A DNA stretch of 64,000 bases from NCBI GenBank assembly GCA_009602735.1, contig WELA01003378.1:3712-67711 (forward strand), read 5' to 3'. The translations under genes were made by a program, and so were the position numbers. This document shows, one piece after another, positions 37,890 through 49,228 of this stretch (the first letter of the stretch is position 1; every line of letters starts with the position of its first letter). The notes under the pieces were generated by a model. The model was not told the origin of the DNA, made no database searches, and saw only the letters and a list, made by a program, of their open reading frames with translations. This DNA comes from Mesotaenium endlicherianum. Lineage: Eukaryota.

Positions 37890-40800
37890 ATGGCTGCAGG
37901 TGAAACTTCGTCTAGTGTCTTCGTAGGTCTCTTCATCTACGTTAGCACAATTTTTTTTGGTCGTAGATGCCAGCAGTTTGCGGACGTTTGTGAGGAGTTC
38001 TTGTTAAAGGAGGAGGTCGTGAAGACATCCGTGGCTAAGAATGGTGGTGTGCAGTACTCAGTGAGGTTCTTGTATGATGGGAAGAAGGTATTGTTTACTG
38101 CTGACTTCGTAGAGTCTCATTTGAGGCCTTTTGATGTTTTTGAGGAATCTAAACATGCGGGTGTGTTCAAACAAATCCGCGAAGTAGAGCCTGACAGCCA
38201 GCCCATAGCAACACTTAGAGAGGAGTCTATAGTGCCTAACACTTTACAGGTTGGTCCTGCTGAGAGTTCTTTGAATGATAGTGGAGAGCCCTCTTCTCAA
38301 ACCGAGAAGAGGAAAAAAGGAAGGCTGGCCAAAAGTAACAGTATAGCAGCACCTGCAGAGAGAAGCAAGTTCAGATCAGCACAGATTGCATCAGACAGGA
38401 GCGATAAAGGAAAGTGCAAGATCTTGGACTCTGACAGTGAAGTTGCCAGTGACAGTGAAGCCTACAGCAGCTCGGATTCCGAGGAGGAGGAGGAGCACAA
38501 CCTGCCCTTGAGTATGCATGAAGACCTGGAGGAAGATGGGAGCCCGGAGGAGTGGAACTGGAAGGCACCTGTCCCTGGTGAGAGCTACAATGACATGTTG
38601 CTCAAGCCCACAAGAGACCATCATCATGGTCTGCAGGGCATTTCTAATGAGAGTTTTAGAGGTCTATCTCCATTTAGTGTTCTTTGTTTTCTCATGCCTA
38701 CATGGTTCTTTAAACAGTTAGCAAAAGAGACAAATGCTTATGCTGCTTTGCACCAGACTAATGGTGGGATACCTTGCACTTCTACTAAGATTGTCATCTT
38801 CCATGGCTTGTGCATGGTTATGGGCTTGCATGTCCTTTCTAGTCTCAAGTGTTATTGGAAGTGCTTATTGAGAGGGCACATTACACTTCCTAGCTTCGGC
38901 CGGTTCATGTCTAGAAACAGGTTCAAAGAAATTAGAAGGTATTTTCATGTGAAGGATAATCAGAATAAAAAGTGTTTTTCTTCTAACTCTAGAGAGTACA
39001 AGCTATGGCAGGTGAAGCCTTTCACAGACCTTGTCTTAAGTACATTCAGGAAGTATTATTGTCCAAGAGAGACTTTGACTATTGATGAGAGATGAAAGGG
39101 GCAGAGTGCCCTTGTGGAAGCGTAGTGACTCACGAGGAAAAGAACTAGTTGCAATCATACTAAAGAGTGCAGCGGCATCTCACAAAGAAAGCTTAGGAAA
39201 ATTACTCAACATTTTGAGTAGCAAGAAACTGCTCACAAATGAACTAGGATAAAAGGCCTCGTCATTACAAACTCGTAGAAGTTTACAGAAGTGAAAACTG
39301 ATGAAGAATGAAGTAGTTATGTCTATTTATAGTTTTTACGATGGCCGCTCGCCCCTCGGCGGGAGGGCCGCTTAGCAACGGATTTTCTTAAGTGTTTGTC
39401 AAATCGTCCCTTCCAAAATATTCGTGAGAAAGCTAGAGCAGCCTCATCTGACGTGTTGGGCTGGTTTGACGTTCACATGCATGCATCGAAATATCTAGAA
39501 TATACTAACTTAGACGCGCTAGGCTAATCCGAAACTTCTAAGTAATCGACCTAGTCGGCACTCCGCGTCAGCCGAACTTACGTGAAGGTTCGAATTCACT
39601 ACAACGGCCCAGATCGTTCGGCGCTGTCGATCAATCCAACGGTCGTGCTCACCGCAAATTAAGGACAGCTGTCAACCGACCTCAAAACTAATTAAACTTT
39701 GAAAATCCATACCTCTCTCAATACCAAATTCGATGAACTTTATATCAAAATGACCAAAACAATACACTCTACACTTCTATGCAATCAAAACATACTTTTA
39801 AAGAACTCAAAAATGCACTTTGTAAACCTATGACCTTACAAGAGAACCATTTTTATTAGGAATAGGCAGTGTTCAATTAGAATATACAATCCGAGCAAAC
39901 CTTACAAGTACGGTATTGAAGTCTTTACTGTATGAGATGCTATCACATATTTTTGTTATGCAATTCATCATATATGACATAGTGAAGAGAGATGGCTTGA
40001 AGAGTGATGTGATTCTAGACCTTGTAGCAATGCTCCCTGTTGGTAGATTGTTCACTCTTGTTGTGGATAGAGGATTCACCTCTCCTAAATTGTTTTAGCA
40101 ATTAGCTAGACTTGGTCATGGTGCTACAGGTACAGTATTTACTAATAGAAAGAACTACCCGGCTAATGATGTGTAGATGAAGCCTAACAGTCATCCTAAG
40201 GGTCATTGAAAGGTTGTCATAAATGAGAATCCTCCTATGATAGCATGCACGTGGCAGGACAAGAAACTTTGTGCTTTTTTTTCTACAGCTACAGGATTAG
40301 TCCCTACCACACAGGCTAGGCGTAATGGTAAAGATAAGCTTGTCATCCCTGCTCCTCAATTGGTAGAGCATTATAATTTGTACAAGGATGCTGTAGACCA
40401 GTATGATGGTTTGTGTCTAAAGAGGAACTATAGTGCGGAGAGGGTATTGGTCAATAGAAAGTGGTGGCATCGAGCATATTGGGGTATTTGGGATGGCTTG
40501 CTAGCAAATGTTTTCATCATGCTAAAGATGGACAATGATGCAGCTGATAAGTATGAGACGTATTTAGACATCATGGACGAGATGTGTTCATTTCAGCGTC
40601 CTAATGAGGCTGGCCCATCTAGAGCCGTAACACGAATTACTACTGCTCTACCTTCTCATGAAGGAAGATTTACCCATAGGCACTTTCCTTCTAGGATTCC
40701 TGATGAAAAGTATGAGTATTGTAAGGTGCGTGCTGCTGGTCTTCACGGCCAACGTAGCTCAGGGAAGAGGCCGATGAAGACGAAGTACAAGTGTTTCCAC

Positions 40801-41004
40801 TGTGACGTTTCCCTTTGTGCAGCACTTTGCTTTCATGTGTACCACACTAATAGAGCTATAGAGCACCTAGATTTAGGACCTAGGAAGAAGCTAGGCAAAA
40901 TTAGGGATTTTGACAATTTTGTAAGACTCGCGTATATTTTCCTATTGTTCATGTCTGGTGCTATATGCAGTATGAAGTATATGCCATGTGTACGTAAGTG
41001 TTAA
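37890..41004 (+). pseudogene. piggyBac-family DDD transposase, interrupted by a solo LTR and in-frame stops
   Basis: MSRNRFKEIRRYFH, LTIDER|TIF..YNPSKPYKYG, VVDRGFTS, WQDKK, YNLYKDAVDQYD, KWWHR and C-terminal CFHCDVSLCAALCFHVYH. Confidence 0.92.
39093..39840. mobile_element. Solo LTR of an unrelated family, 748 bp, TSD AGAGA
   Basis: TG...CA ends, AGAGA at 39088-39092 and 39841-39845. Excision restores the transposase frame (IDER|TIFIRNR). Confidence 0.92.
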
Positions 41005-41876
41005 CGGGTGCCTGCATTGACAGTTGAATTTAAAATTTTCATTACCATGGATTATAAGCATTATTTCATGTGTCATTTGGGAAATAAAGAATTTTTGGAC
41101 ATCATTAATTTATTTTTTCAATTAAAAATAAAAAAGAACACACCAGTGGGAAGACAAGACTGTACTTGTGTTGTGTATAAAACATCTTGACAAAAAACAT
41201 GATGAAATGCTCACAAAGAATGTATATGTACTTGACACTATTTGAGATCAAAATGCACCCGAGAAAAAGAGGCGCTCCTATGTGGGTGCATGTCCTTGGA
41301 TAGTTGTATCTTTGTCAATACTTCTCATATTAGTCCAAGATTTAAGGTACTCACTCATCATATGATAGGGCAGCCCTGGTCTAAATCCCAGGCCCTCAAG
41401 TATTGGCAATTACGAGATACAATGTCTCAAAGTTGGAGAAATATCGCGCGCTTATTCCAACATTATTAAATGCCATTTAAGTCATTACTAAAATTATATA
41501 TTAAATATAGAAGGTACGAAACCAGAAACCTTATGATGTGTACTTCTCGAAAAACTGATTCATGGCCCCATTGGACTTGTATTGTGAGCTATAGAAATTC
41601 CCAACCATGTGCTCAAAACGCACCCAAAAGTGTCAGTTCCACTGAGCCATCTAGTGTTAAGAGGAAGAGGAAGGCCAACCAGGCCCGGCAACAGTATCAA
41701 GAAGTCCAGGAGGACATTGAAGCCACTTCACTTTTAGGACGGGAGGTAGAACGGCAACAATTCAAGAAGGAGGCCAAGAAGAAAAGGGAAGATGAAGAAA
41801 GGGCCAGGAAAGAGGAGGGGGACGGGAAAGCTGAGGAGGCCAGACTCAAAAAAGCTAAGGAGGACGGGAAGGCTGA

Positions 41877-42565
41877 TATGATGAATCAGCATATTACTAG
41901 ATATAATATTCATTTAAATATAGTATTTAGTTCAGTCTGGTGAATCTTAGTAAATATTTTGGTTTGTTGGACTCTAAGTTAAATTCAGTATAATGACTCA
42001 GTCGAGGGCAGCAAGCTAAAGTCACCTTAGGTCAGCTTGCTGACACATTCTTTGACAGCCAGCTAATTTCCGTACTCGGTATCAGTTAATTTCCTAGATA
42101 TGCATCTATGTGTGATATCCTAGATGAATGGCCAGAGGACACCCTTGGATGGATGGCGATTCGGGATGATGAGAGATGGTTGTGGATGTGGTTAGCCAAA
42201 GTCCTACCGACGTGGTTAACTCCCAAGTAGGCGGTGCCATTGCACTCGCCGTCGAACAGGTTAGGTCATGCTCTCAAGTTCGGCATTTGAAAATAAGGCC
42301 AACTCTCTTGTACCGCTTACTGAGAGATATCTGAATCCAAGGCGAGAAGCCATTGATGCGAACTGTCCTCTGGCTGTGCTTATGTTAAGTTTGCTGATTG
42401 CATGATTGATGCTGATTTAGTTGCATTTGACTTCTAAGTACTGAAATGCTAGTTGTGGAGTCTTTGCTGATTACTAAATAACTAGATTAGAACTTAAATA
42501 TTACTTGCTGATATGAAGATCCTTTATTAATTGTTAAGCGCCTATCGGTAAGTCGATTCCTTTCA
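41877..42565 (+). mobile_element. Diverged solo LTR, family A (TSD GCTGA/ACTGA)
   Basis: TATGATGAATC...GATTCCTTTCA, homologous throughout to family A LTRs. Flanks match at 4 of 5 positions. Confidence 0.88.
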
Positions 42566-43639
42566 ACTGAGAAGGAGAGGCTGAGTAAGGCAGAAGAGGA
42601 AGCGAAAGTTCCAACTGGAGAGCTATCGCTATACAGTCCTGGGCAAGAGATTTGACCTTCTGCAGGAGGCACTGAAGTTTGCCCAGGAAAGCAGGGCAGC
42701 ATATCAGAGGGCAACCCTGCAAAGAGAAGGAGAGGGAGCTACACTCTGAGATCGGTATGGTCCAAAACGGCAAAAAACGCCCCAGACGTCGATCTCCGCC
42801 CATCTCCGCCCAAGGCGTAAACCTATTTGTCTCCACCTGTGTGCCTGAAAGTGGAGAGGTTTTCAACACTTTTCTCCACCCGTGTGCCTGAAGGTGTAGC
42901 AGATTTTAGCAATAAACGTGTAATGAATCAGTATATTAGTAGATATAATATTCATTTAGATATAATAGTTAATTAAGATCAGCCTGCTGAACTTTAATTA
43001 ATAGTCAGTCTGCTGGACTTTATATAATTATCAGTTTAATGACTCAGTCGGAAGCAGCAGGCTAAAGTCAACTTAAGTCAGCTTGCTGACACATTCTTTG
43101 ACAGCCAGCTGACTTCCGTACTCGGTAGCAGCGAACTGCCTCGATATGCATCTAAGTGTGGTATGCTAGATGGATGGCCAAATGACATCCCTATGATGGA
43201 TGGCGATTCGGGATCATGGGAGATGGCGGTGGATTTGGTTAACCGAGGTCCTACCAACGTGGTTAACTCCCGGGTAGGCGGTGCCATCGCACTGGCCGTT
43301 GAACAGTAAACTCATTCCATGTACATATGCTAGGCAATGCTCTCGAGTTCGGCATTCGGAAACGAGGCCAACTCTCTTGTACAGCTTACTGAGAGAGATC
43401 TGAATCCAAGGCGAGAAGCCATTGATACGCACTGTCTTCTAACCTTGCTTATGTATGAGTTTACTGATTTGCATTCTTGATGCTAGTTTACTCTCATTTG
43501 GCTGACGAGTATTATTCACTGCTAGTGCGTTGTCCTTTTGCCGTTAAACACTTAACGGAAAGTACCATAAAGATTACTTGCTGATATAAAGATCTTTATT
43601 AATTGTAAATCGCCTATTTAGTAAGTCGATTCATTTCAG

Positions 43640-43651
43640 TGGTATCGGAGC
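43640..43651 (+). promoter_or_regulatory. Primer-binding site for tRNA-iMet
   Basis: TGGTATCGGAGC one base after the LTR CA; canonical is TGGTATCAGAGC, so one G-U pair. Also at 53286 and 59127. Confidence 0.9.
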
Positions 43652-43672
43652 AGTTATCACAGTCTTCTTTAT

Positions 43673-45151
43673 ATGGTAAGGACAAGGTCTCAAACTAGCA
43701 ACTCCCGAGACATGGAGAACCAGGATAACGAGAATGTCGAAAACCAGGCGGAAAGCCATGTAGCGGGAAACCGTACCTATTCGGAAGCAGTAGCGGATAC
43801 TGCAGCTAGGGAGGCTGCAGATGAGGCAGCTGCTATTGCCTCAGTCGCAGCTCAGCAAGCTGAGGAGGAGATAGCCAGACTAGAAGCTGAACAAGTAGCA
43901 AAGGCCGCTGAAGATATACAAAGGAGGGAAGGACAGCCAGCTGACGAGCGCACTGTTGAAGAACTTATGGCATCAAGGGCCAATGTTCTGAACCCACCTC
44001 CTGCCGTACAACTCAATGTACCCCTAGGTCAAATACGTGACCGGCTGAATGCGGCAGGAATTGCTGCTGCAGGAGCAAGAGGGATTGTTGAGGACACTAC
44101 TCAGCGAGTAGATGCCAATGCTGCTGCTGCATTTGCTAATCTACCACCCCAAAATGTAGACTTGGGAGCATTGTTCGTTCAGATGCAGTCGCAAATGGCG
44201 ACCATGTATCAGTCCCAGCAGGAGGACAAAAGAATCATAATGTCCCTACTCCGGGACAGAGACCAACTGGGGTCTCACACCACTAGTGGTGGTGGCCGAG
44301 GGCCTAGTAAGCCCAAGCCGAAACCTCCCCAGGACTATGATCCTGAGGGAAACAGAAAATATTACCTGATCAAGTTTCTCGCGGATGTTGAGCAGTGGCT
44401 GGAGAACTACCCAGAACTGCAAGATTACGAGAAGGTCAGGCACACCGGTGCGCTACTGAAAGGCAGTGCCGCAGACTGGTGGCTTTACTGGAAGGAAGAG
44501 CGTAAGGCTCGGCAACTCGGTGACCCTACGTGGGTAGAGTTTGTCGAGAAGTTGCATGAGAAGTTTGATGTCATCAACCAGCAGGAGAAAGCTATCTATG
44601 CGATGATCTCCCTGACACTGAAGCAGACCACTTCAGTTGCTGAGTTTGCTCAAAAGTTCCAAGAGAACATGATGAAGCAGCCTGATTTGCCAGAACGGTA
44701 TAGGATAGCATACTTCAGGTATGGCTTGAAATCCGAGGTCTCTGGTCATTTTGCTGAGAAAAAGTATGAGAAACTGGCTGACTTGATCCAGGATGCTGAC
44801 GCCTGGGATCAGCAGCAGTTCAATCACAAGCGCCAGAGTAACGCTTTGGTGTCTAAGATTGTCAAAAAGCCCCACGGTTCCTACAATGCAGTTGAAGGAG
44901 ACCAGGCTGAGGATAATCAGGGTGATGAATATGAGTATGAGTACAATGCTATTCAGTCTAGAGGTAGAGGTGGTCCCTCTCGAGGTGGCTATGGAAGGGG
45001 TGGTGGTAGGACTAAGCCGAGACCAGCCTCAGCAAAATCTACTTGCTACCATTGTCAGCAGAAAGGCCACTACAGAGAACAGTGTCCGGTCAAGCACCTG
45101 CCTAAGGTCGAGAGAAAAGACCAGCCTTTAAAAGACAGCAACAGTCAGTAA
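43673..45151 (+). CDS. gag: Gag (492 aa) with CCHC zinc knuckle
   Basis: [41 protein letters not shown] tract, [14 protein letters not shown]. Confidence 0.95.
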   Translation: MVRTRSQTSNSRDMENQDNENVENQAESHVAGNRTYSEAVADTAAREAADEAAAIASVAAQQAEEEIARLEAEQVAKAAEDIQRREGQPADERTVEELMASRANVLNPPPAVQLNVPLGQIRDRLNAAGIAAAGARGIVEDTTQRVDANAAAAFANLPPQNVDLGALFVQMQSQMATMYQSQQEDKRIIMSLLRDRDQLGSHTTSGGGRGPSKPKPKPPQDYDPEGNRKYYLIKFLADVEQWLENYPELQDYEKVRHTGALLKGSAADWWLYWKEERKARQLGDPTWVEFVEKLHEKFDVINQQEKAIYAMISLTLKQTTSVAEFAQKFQENMMKQPDLPERYRIAYFRYGLKSEVSGHFAEKKYEKLADLIQDADAWDQQQFNHKRQSNALVSKIVKKPHGSYNAVEGDQAEDNQGDEYEYEYNAIQSRGRGGPSRGGYGRGGGRTKPRPASAKSTCYHCQQKGHYREQCPVKHLPKVERKDQPLKDSNSQ

Positions 45152-48100
45152 TCCAGTCTACTGACTGTGAGGATGCTAGAGATAGTGAGTCGTCACTAGC
45201 TGCCCTCGTAGCAGGTATTATGGGTCCTGCTGAACTGGATTCACTATGCATGCCTGACAACCAGATAAAGGAGACCATCAGCAATATAGACGTCCAGAGA
45301 GTGCACACTCTGGATGCCCTTGTTCAACCTGATGTCCAACATTTATTTGCTACGTCATTAGAACAATGCGAAAGTCAGGAAAAGACAGTCCCCCCTATCC
45401 TACTGCATTGCATGATTGCAGGTAGGAAGGTGAGAGCATTTGTTGACGGAGGGGCGTCACATACTTTTATCCACAAGGACTTAGTTAAGCGGCTAAGGCT
45501 GCCTACTGTCACCCAAGGGAATAGAAAAATATTCCTTGGAGATGCCTCAAGTATCCCGGGAGGAGTTATAACCAAGCCTATTGAGGTCCAGTTAGGTTCT
45601 GGCATTGCAGTTCTAACTGAAACGCTTACATTTGAGGTACTCAACACTGGTTTCTATGATCTCGTGCTAGGCACGTCTTGGCTTATTAGACATCAAGCTG
45701 AAGTGTGTTGGAGCAGACGTACAGTTAAAGTGAGAGGAGCCAATGATGGGCAGACTGACTTGGCACCCACCAGTGCTCTTCCTCTTGTCCTGTGTGGATG
45801 GCACATGAAGGAAAAGAAGAGGCTTCCAGAAGGATGCAAGTTGCTGAATGCAATGGAGTTCGTCAAAAGCTGGAACCAGAANNNNNNNNNNNNNNNNNNN
45901 NNNNNNNNNNNNNNNNNNNNNNNNNNNNNNNNNNNNNNNNNNNNNNNNNNNNNNNNNNNNNNNNNNNNNNNNNNNNNNNNNNNNNNNNNNNNNNNNNNNN
46001 NNNNNNNNNNNNNNNNNNNNNNNNNNNNNNNNNNNNNNNNNNNNNNNNNNNNNNNNNNNNNNNNNNNNNNNNNNNNNNNNNNNNNNNNNNNNNNNNNNNN
46101 NNNNNNNNNNNNNNNNNNNNNNNNNNNNNNNNNNNNNNNNNNNNNNNNNNNNNNNNNNNNNNNNNNNNNNNNNNNNNNNNNNNNNNNNNNNNCAAAATGG
46201 NNNNNNNNNNNNNNNNNNNNNNNNNATCCTATTTGTTAAGAAAAAGGATGGCAGTATGCGGATGTGTGTGGATTACAGAGCCCTGAACAGAATTACAGTA
46301 AAGAACAAGTATGCTTTACCCAGAATCGAGGACTTGCTTGATACCTTGTTTGGCGCTAAAGTGTTCAGTAAGATAGATCTCAAGAGTGGTTATCATTAAA
46401 TCAGAATTGCTGAGGGGGATGAACACAAGACTGCTTTCCGCACACGTTATGGACACTATGAGTTCAACGTGATGCCATTTGGACTGACTAATGCTCCTGC
46501 TACCTTTATGGGTGCTATGAATGACATTTTCAGACCTTATTTGGATAAGTTTGTGCAAGTTTTCCTGGATGATATTTTAATTTTCTCTAAAGATGAAGCT
46601 CAGCACACTGAACACTTAAAGAAAGTGCTGGACACTCTGCGGAAAAATCACTTGTATGCTAAAATGAGCAAGTGTGATTTCTTTAAGGAAAGTATTGAAT
46701 TCTTAGGCCACGTTGTCAGTAAAGAGGGCATCAGTGTGGATCCTAAGAAAGTCCAGACCATAAGGGACTGGCCAGTACCACAGTCTGTCTCTGAAGTTAG
46801 ATCCTTCCTCGGGTTGGCTAACTACTATAGGAGATTTATTGAGAATTATTCCACAAAGGCCAGTAAACTGACTGACCTTACTAAGAAAGACATCGGGTAT
46901 GTGTGGGGGGAAGAGCAGCAGGCTGCCTTCCAGACCCTTAAAGATGCCCTTTGTTCTGCCCCAGTGCTAGCCGTGTATGACCCCAGCAAACCGGTGCAGG
47001 TGGTTACTGATGCCTCTGATTTTGCCATGGGTGCTATTTTGTTGCAGCCTGCTGACAAAACCACAAAGGATGGTAAGGTACGGCAGGAGTGGCATCCTGT
47101 GTTGTATGAGTCTATGAAATTTAATCCAGCGGAGATTAATTACTCAGTGCATGATAAAGAGCTGCTAGCTATCATTCATGTACTCAAACAGTGGAGAGCA
47201 TACTTACATGGTAAAGCTTTTAAGGTGATTACAGATCATCTAGCTCTGACCCACTTTCAGAAGAAGTCCAAGCTGTCGAGGAGGGAGAACCGCTGGAGCC
47301 AGATGCTGGAGCAGTTCCAAGTCCAGATCGACTACAAACCAGGGAAGTTGAATCCTGCTGATGCACTCTCTAGAAGACCTGACTTGCAAGAAAGGAACTT
47401 TAGTCAGCATACTGTAGATAAAGTCCTGTGTGCACTCACTTCACTAAAGGTGAAAAAGTCCTTCCTTGAACAACTTAGGAAAGCCTACCTTTCTGACCCA
47501 ACATTTGAGCCCAGCCCCACTACTGGTATGTGTCGTGCTACCGCACTCGGGTATAAGCTCAAGGGAGGGGTCTGGGTGACTGAAACCACTTCAGGCAGGC
47601 TGAAGCTGGTCATTCCTAATAATTTGGAAATAAGGTCTCTCTTACTGAGTCAAGCTCATGACAGTCTCCTGGGTGGACATTTGGGGCAGGCCAAAACTGT
47701 TGGCAAACTGGCAAAACATTATCATTGGGAGGGGTTACCCCGGGAGGTCTTGAAATATGTCAAGTCCTGTGACCAGTGTCAGAGAAATAAGTCTCGGCAC
47801 ACACCACCCGGAGGTCTCTTGCAACCGCTACCCATCCCAGCGGGACGCTGGGAAACTATATCCATGGACTGGGTGGTCTCACTACCAAGAACTGCCAACG
47901 GGCATGATTCAATACTGGTAGTCGTGGATAAACTGACAAAAATGGTCATTTTTATCCCCACAACTGTCAAAGTGACTGCACTCGAAACAGCGAGACAGTT
48001 TTACAACCATGTAGTATGCCAACATGGGCTCCCTTCTAATATCATCTCAGACAGAGACTCAAAATTCACCTCTAAGTTCTGGAGAGCTTTAATGGGGTTA

Positions 48101-48961
48101 ATGGGAGTCAAACAGCTGCTCAGCACAGCAAACCACCCTCAGACTGATGGGCAGACTGAAAGAACTAACCGAGTTCTGCAGGAGGTGCTGAGAGCATATA
48201 TTAACCAAAAACAAGATAATTGGGATGACCTGTTGCCTCAAATTCAGTTTGCGGTCAACAGTGCGGTGCACGCGTCAACGGGCAAAACTCCTTTTGAACT
48301 CAGCCTGGGTAGAGTCCCTAAGTCTCCTCTAGATGTGCTAGGGGAATCTTTAACTCACCCTGAAGGGATTGACAACCCGGTCTCCCTCCAGTTAACTCAG
48401 GAGTTTGCTGACACCCTGTCAGAAGTCCAACGAAACTTGCACACGGCCCAAGAAAACCAACAAAAATACGCTAATCAACACCGTCGGGAACTGACATTTT
48501 CCAAGGGGGATTTAGTCAAACTGCATTCTCAGCACCTGTACCTCCCTGGTGTGGTCAAGAAAAAGCTTGGCCCTGTCTGGGTCGGTCCATATTCGGTGGT
48601 CCGTCGTGTCGGTCAGAATGCTTACAAACTGAACATGTCAGCTGAATACAAGGGGCACCCGGTCTTTAATGTCTCCTTCCTGGAACCGTACATCAAAGGT
48701 GATACACTGTTCACAGGTCGGTTCCCTGTCCAACCGGGACCGGTCCCCGCTGTCCGGGACGGCGACCCTGAGGAATATGAGGTCGATGAGATTTTAGACG
48801 CTCGCTCGGTCCGTCGATCGTCTAAATATGTCATGAAATACCTCATTCGATGGAAGGGTTACGATGCCTCTGGGGACACTTGGGAGTTTAAGGACCACTT
48901 GACCAATGCCAAAGGGGCGTTGACACGGTTCCACCTTCGGGCCGCTGGAGTCCCTCCATAA
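45127..48961 (+). pseudogene. pol: Pol in -1 frame to gag (PR-RT-RH-INT-chromodomain); one premature stop at 46397-46399 and an N gap
   Basis: All Ty3/gypsy motifs in order. TAA replaces the CAA seen in the 61.86-kb copy. C-terminal chromodomain [25 protein letters not shown]. Confidence 0.93.
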
Positions 48962-49228
48962 CTGTCATTTCAGTTGACACGGGAAGGTGACAGGCGGTCC
49001 TGTCTCCATTTAAGTTGGAGGGGAAAATATATGACAGTTAGTGAGCGAGAGCGATAAAAACACACTCATACGTTTATGTGTAGCGCATCGCAACTACGTC
49101 AACTTTTAGCAATCATCCTGTAAGGTAAACAGCAGCGAAGCCACTATACTAAATACTAACATACTTCCTGCAATCCCTATGACAAAGGTCCATATCCTAC
49201 TAACTTGTGCCCTGGTTACATGTGCAGG

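Larger units (their letters stand above)
37574..41656 (+). mobile_element. Complete piggyBac-like DNA transposon A with TIRs and TTAA TSD
   Basis: TTAA (37570-37573) CAGTAGATGGCTCGGTG ... CACTGAGCCATCTAGTG TTAA (41657-41660); 17-bp TIR with 2 mismatches. Confidence 0.93.
37548..42760 (+). pseudogene. ORF3 variant 3, split by a piggyBac (37574-41656) and a solo LTR (41877-42565), 3'-truncated
   Basis: Removing the insertions gives MTKRKNELKRKRKANQARQQYQEVQEDIEATSL..QLESYRYTVLGKRFDLLQEALKFAQESRAAYQRATLQREGEGAT, homologous to variants 1 and 2. Confidence 0.88.

Noticed and set aside
43078..43432. Recurrent antisense LTR ORFs (MRINGFSPW.., MAPPTRELTT..)
   Set aside because: Recurrence reflects LTR copy identity. 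Stops and frames vary between copies and the longer one lacks an ATG start.
43502..43562. Hammerhead-like CTGACGA...GAAA in the LTR (retrozyme idea)
   Set aside because: CTGANGA is not conserved (CTTGCGA or CTTACGA in other copies) and stems I-III cannot be built.
45439..45470. DGG rather than DSG/DTG protease active site
   Set aside because: DGG variants occur in other Ty3/gypsy proteases, so it is not unusual alone.
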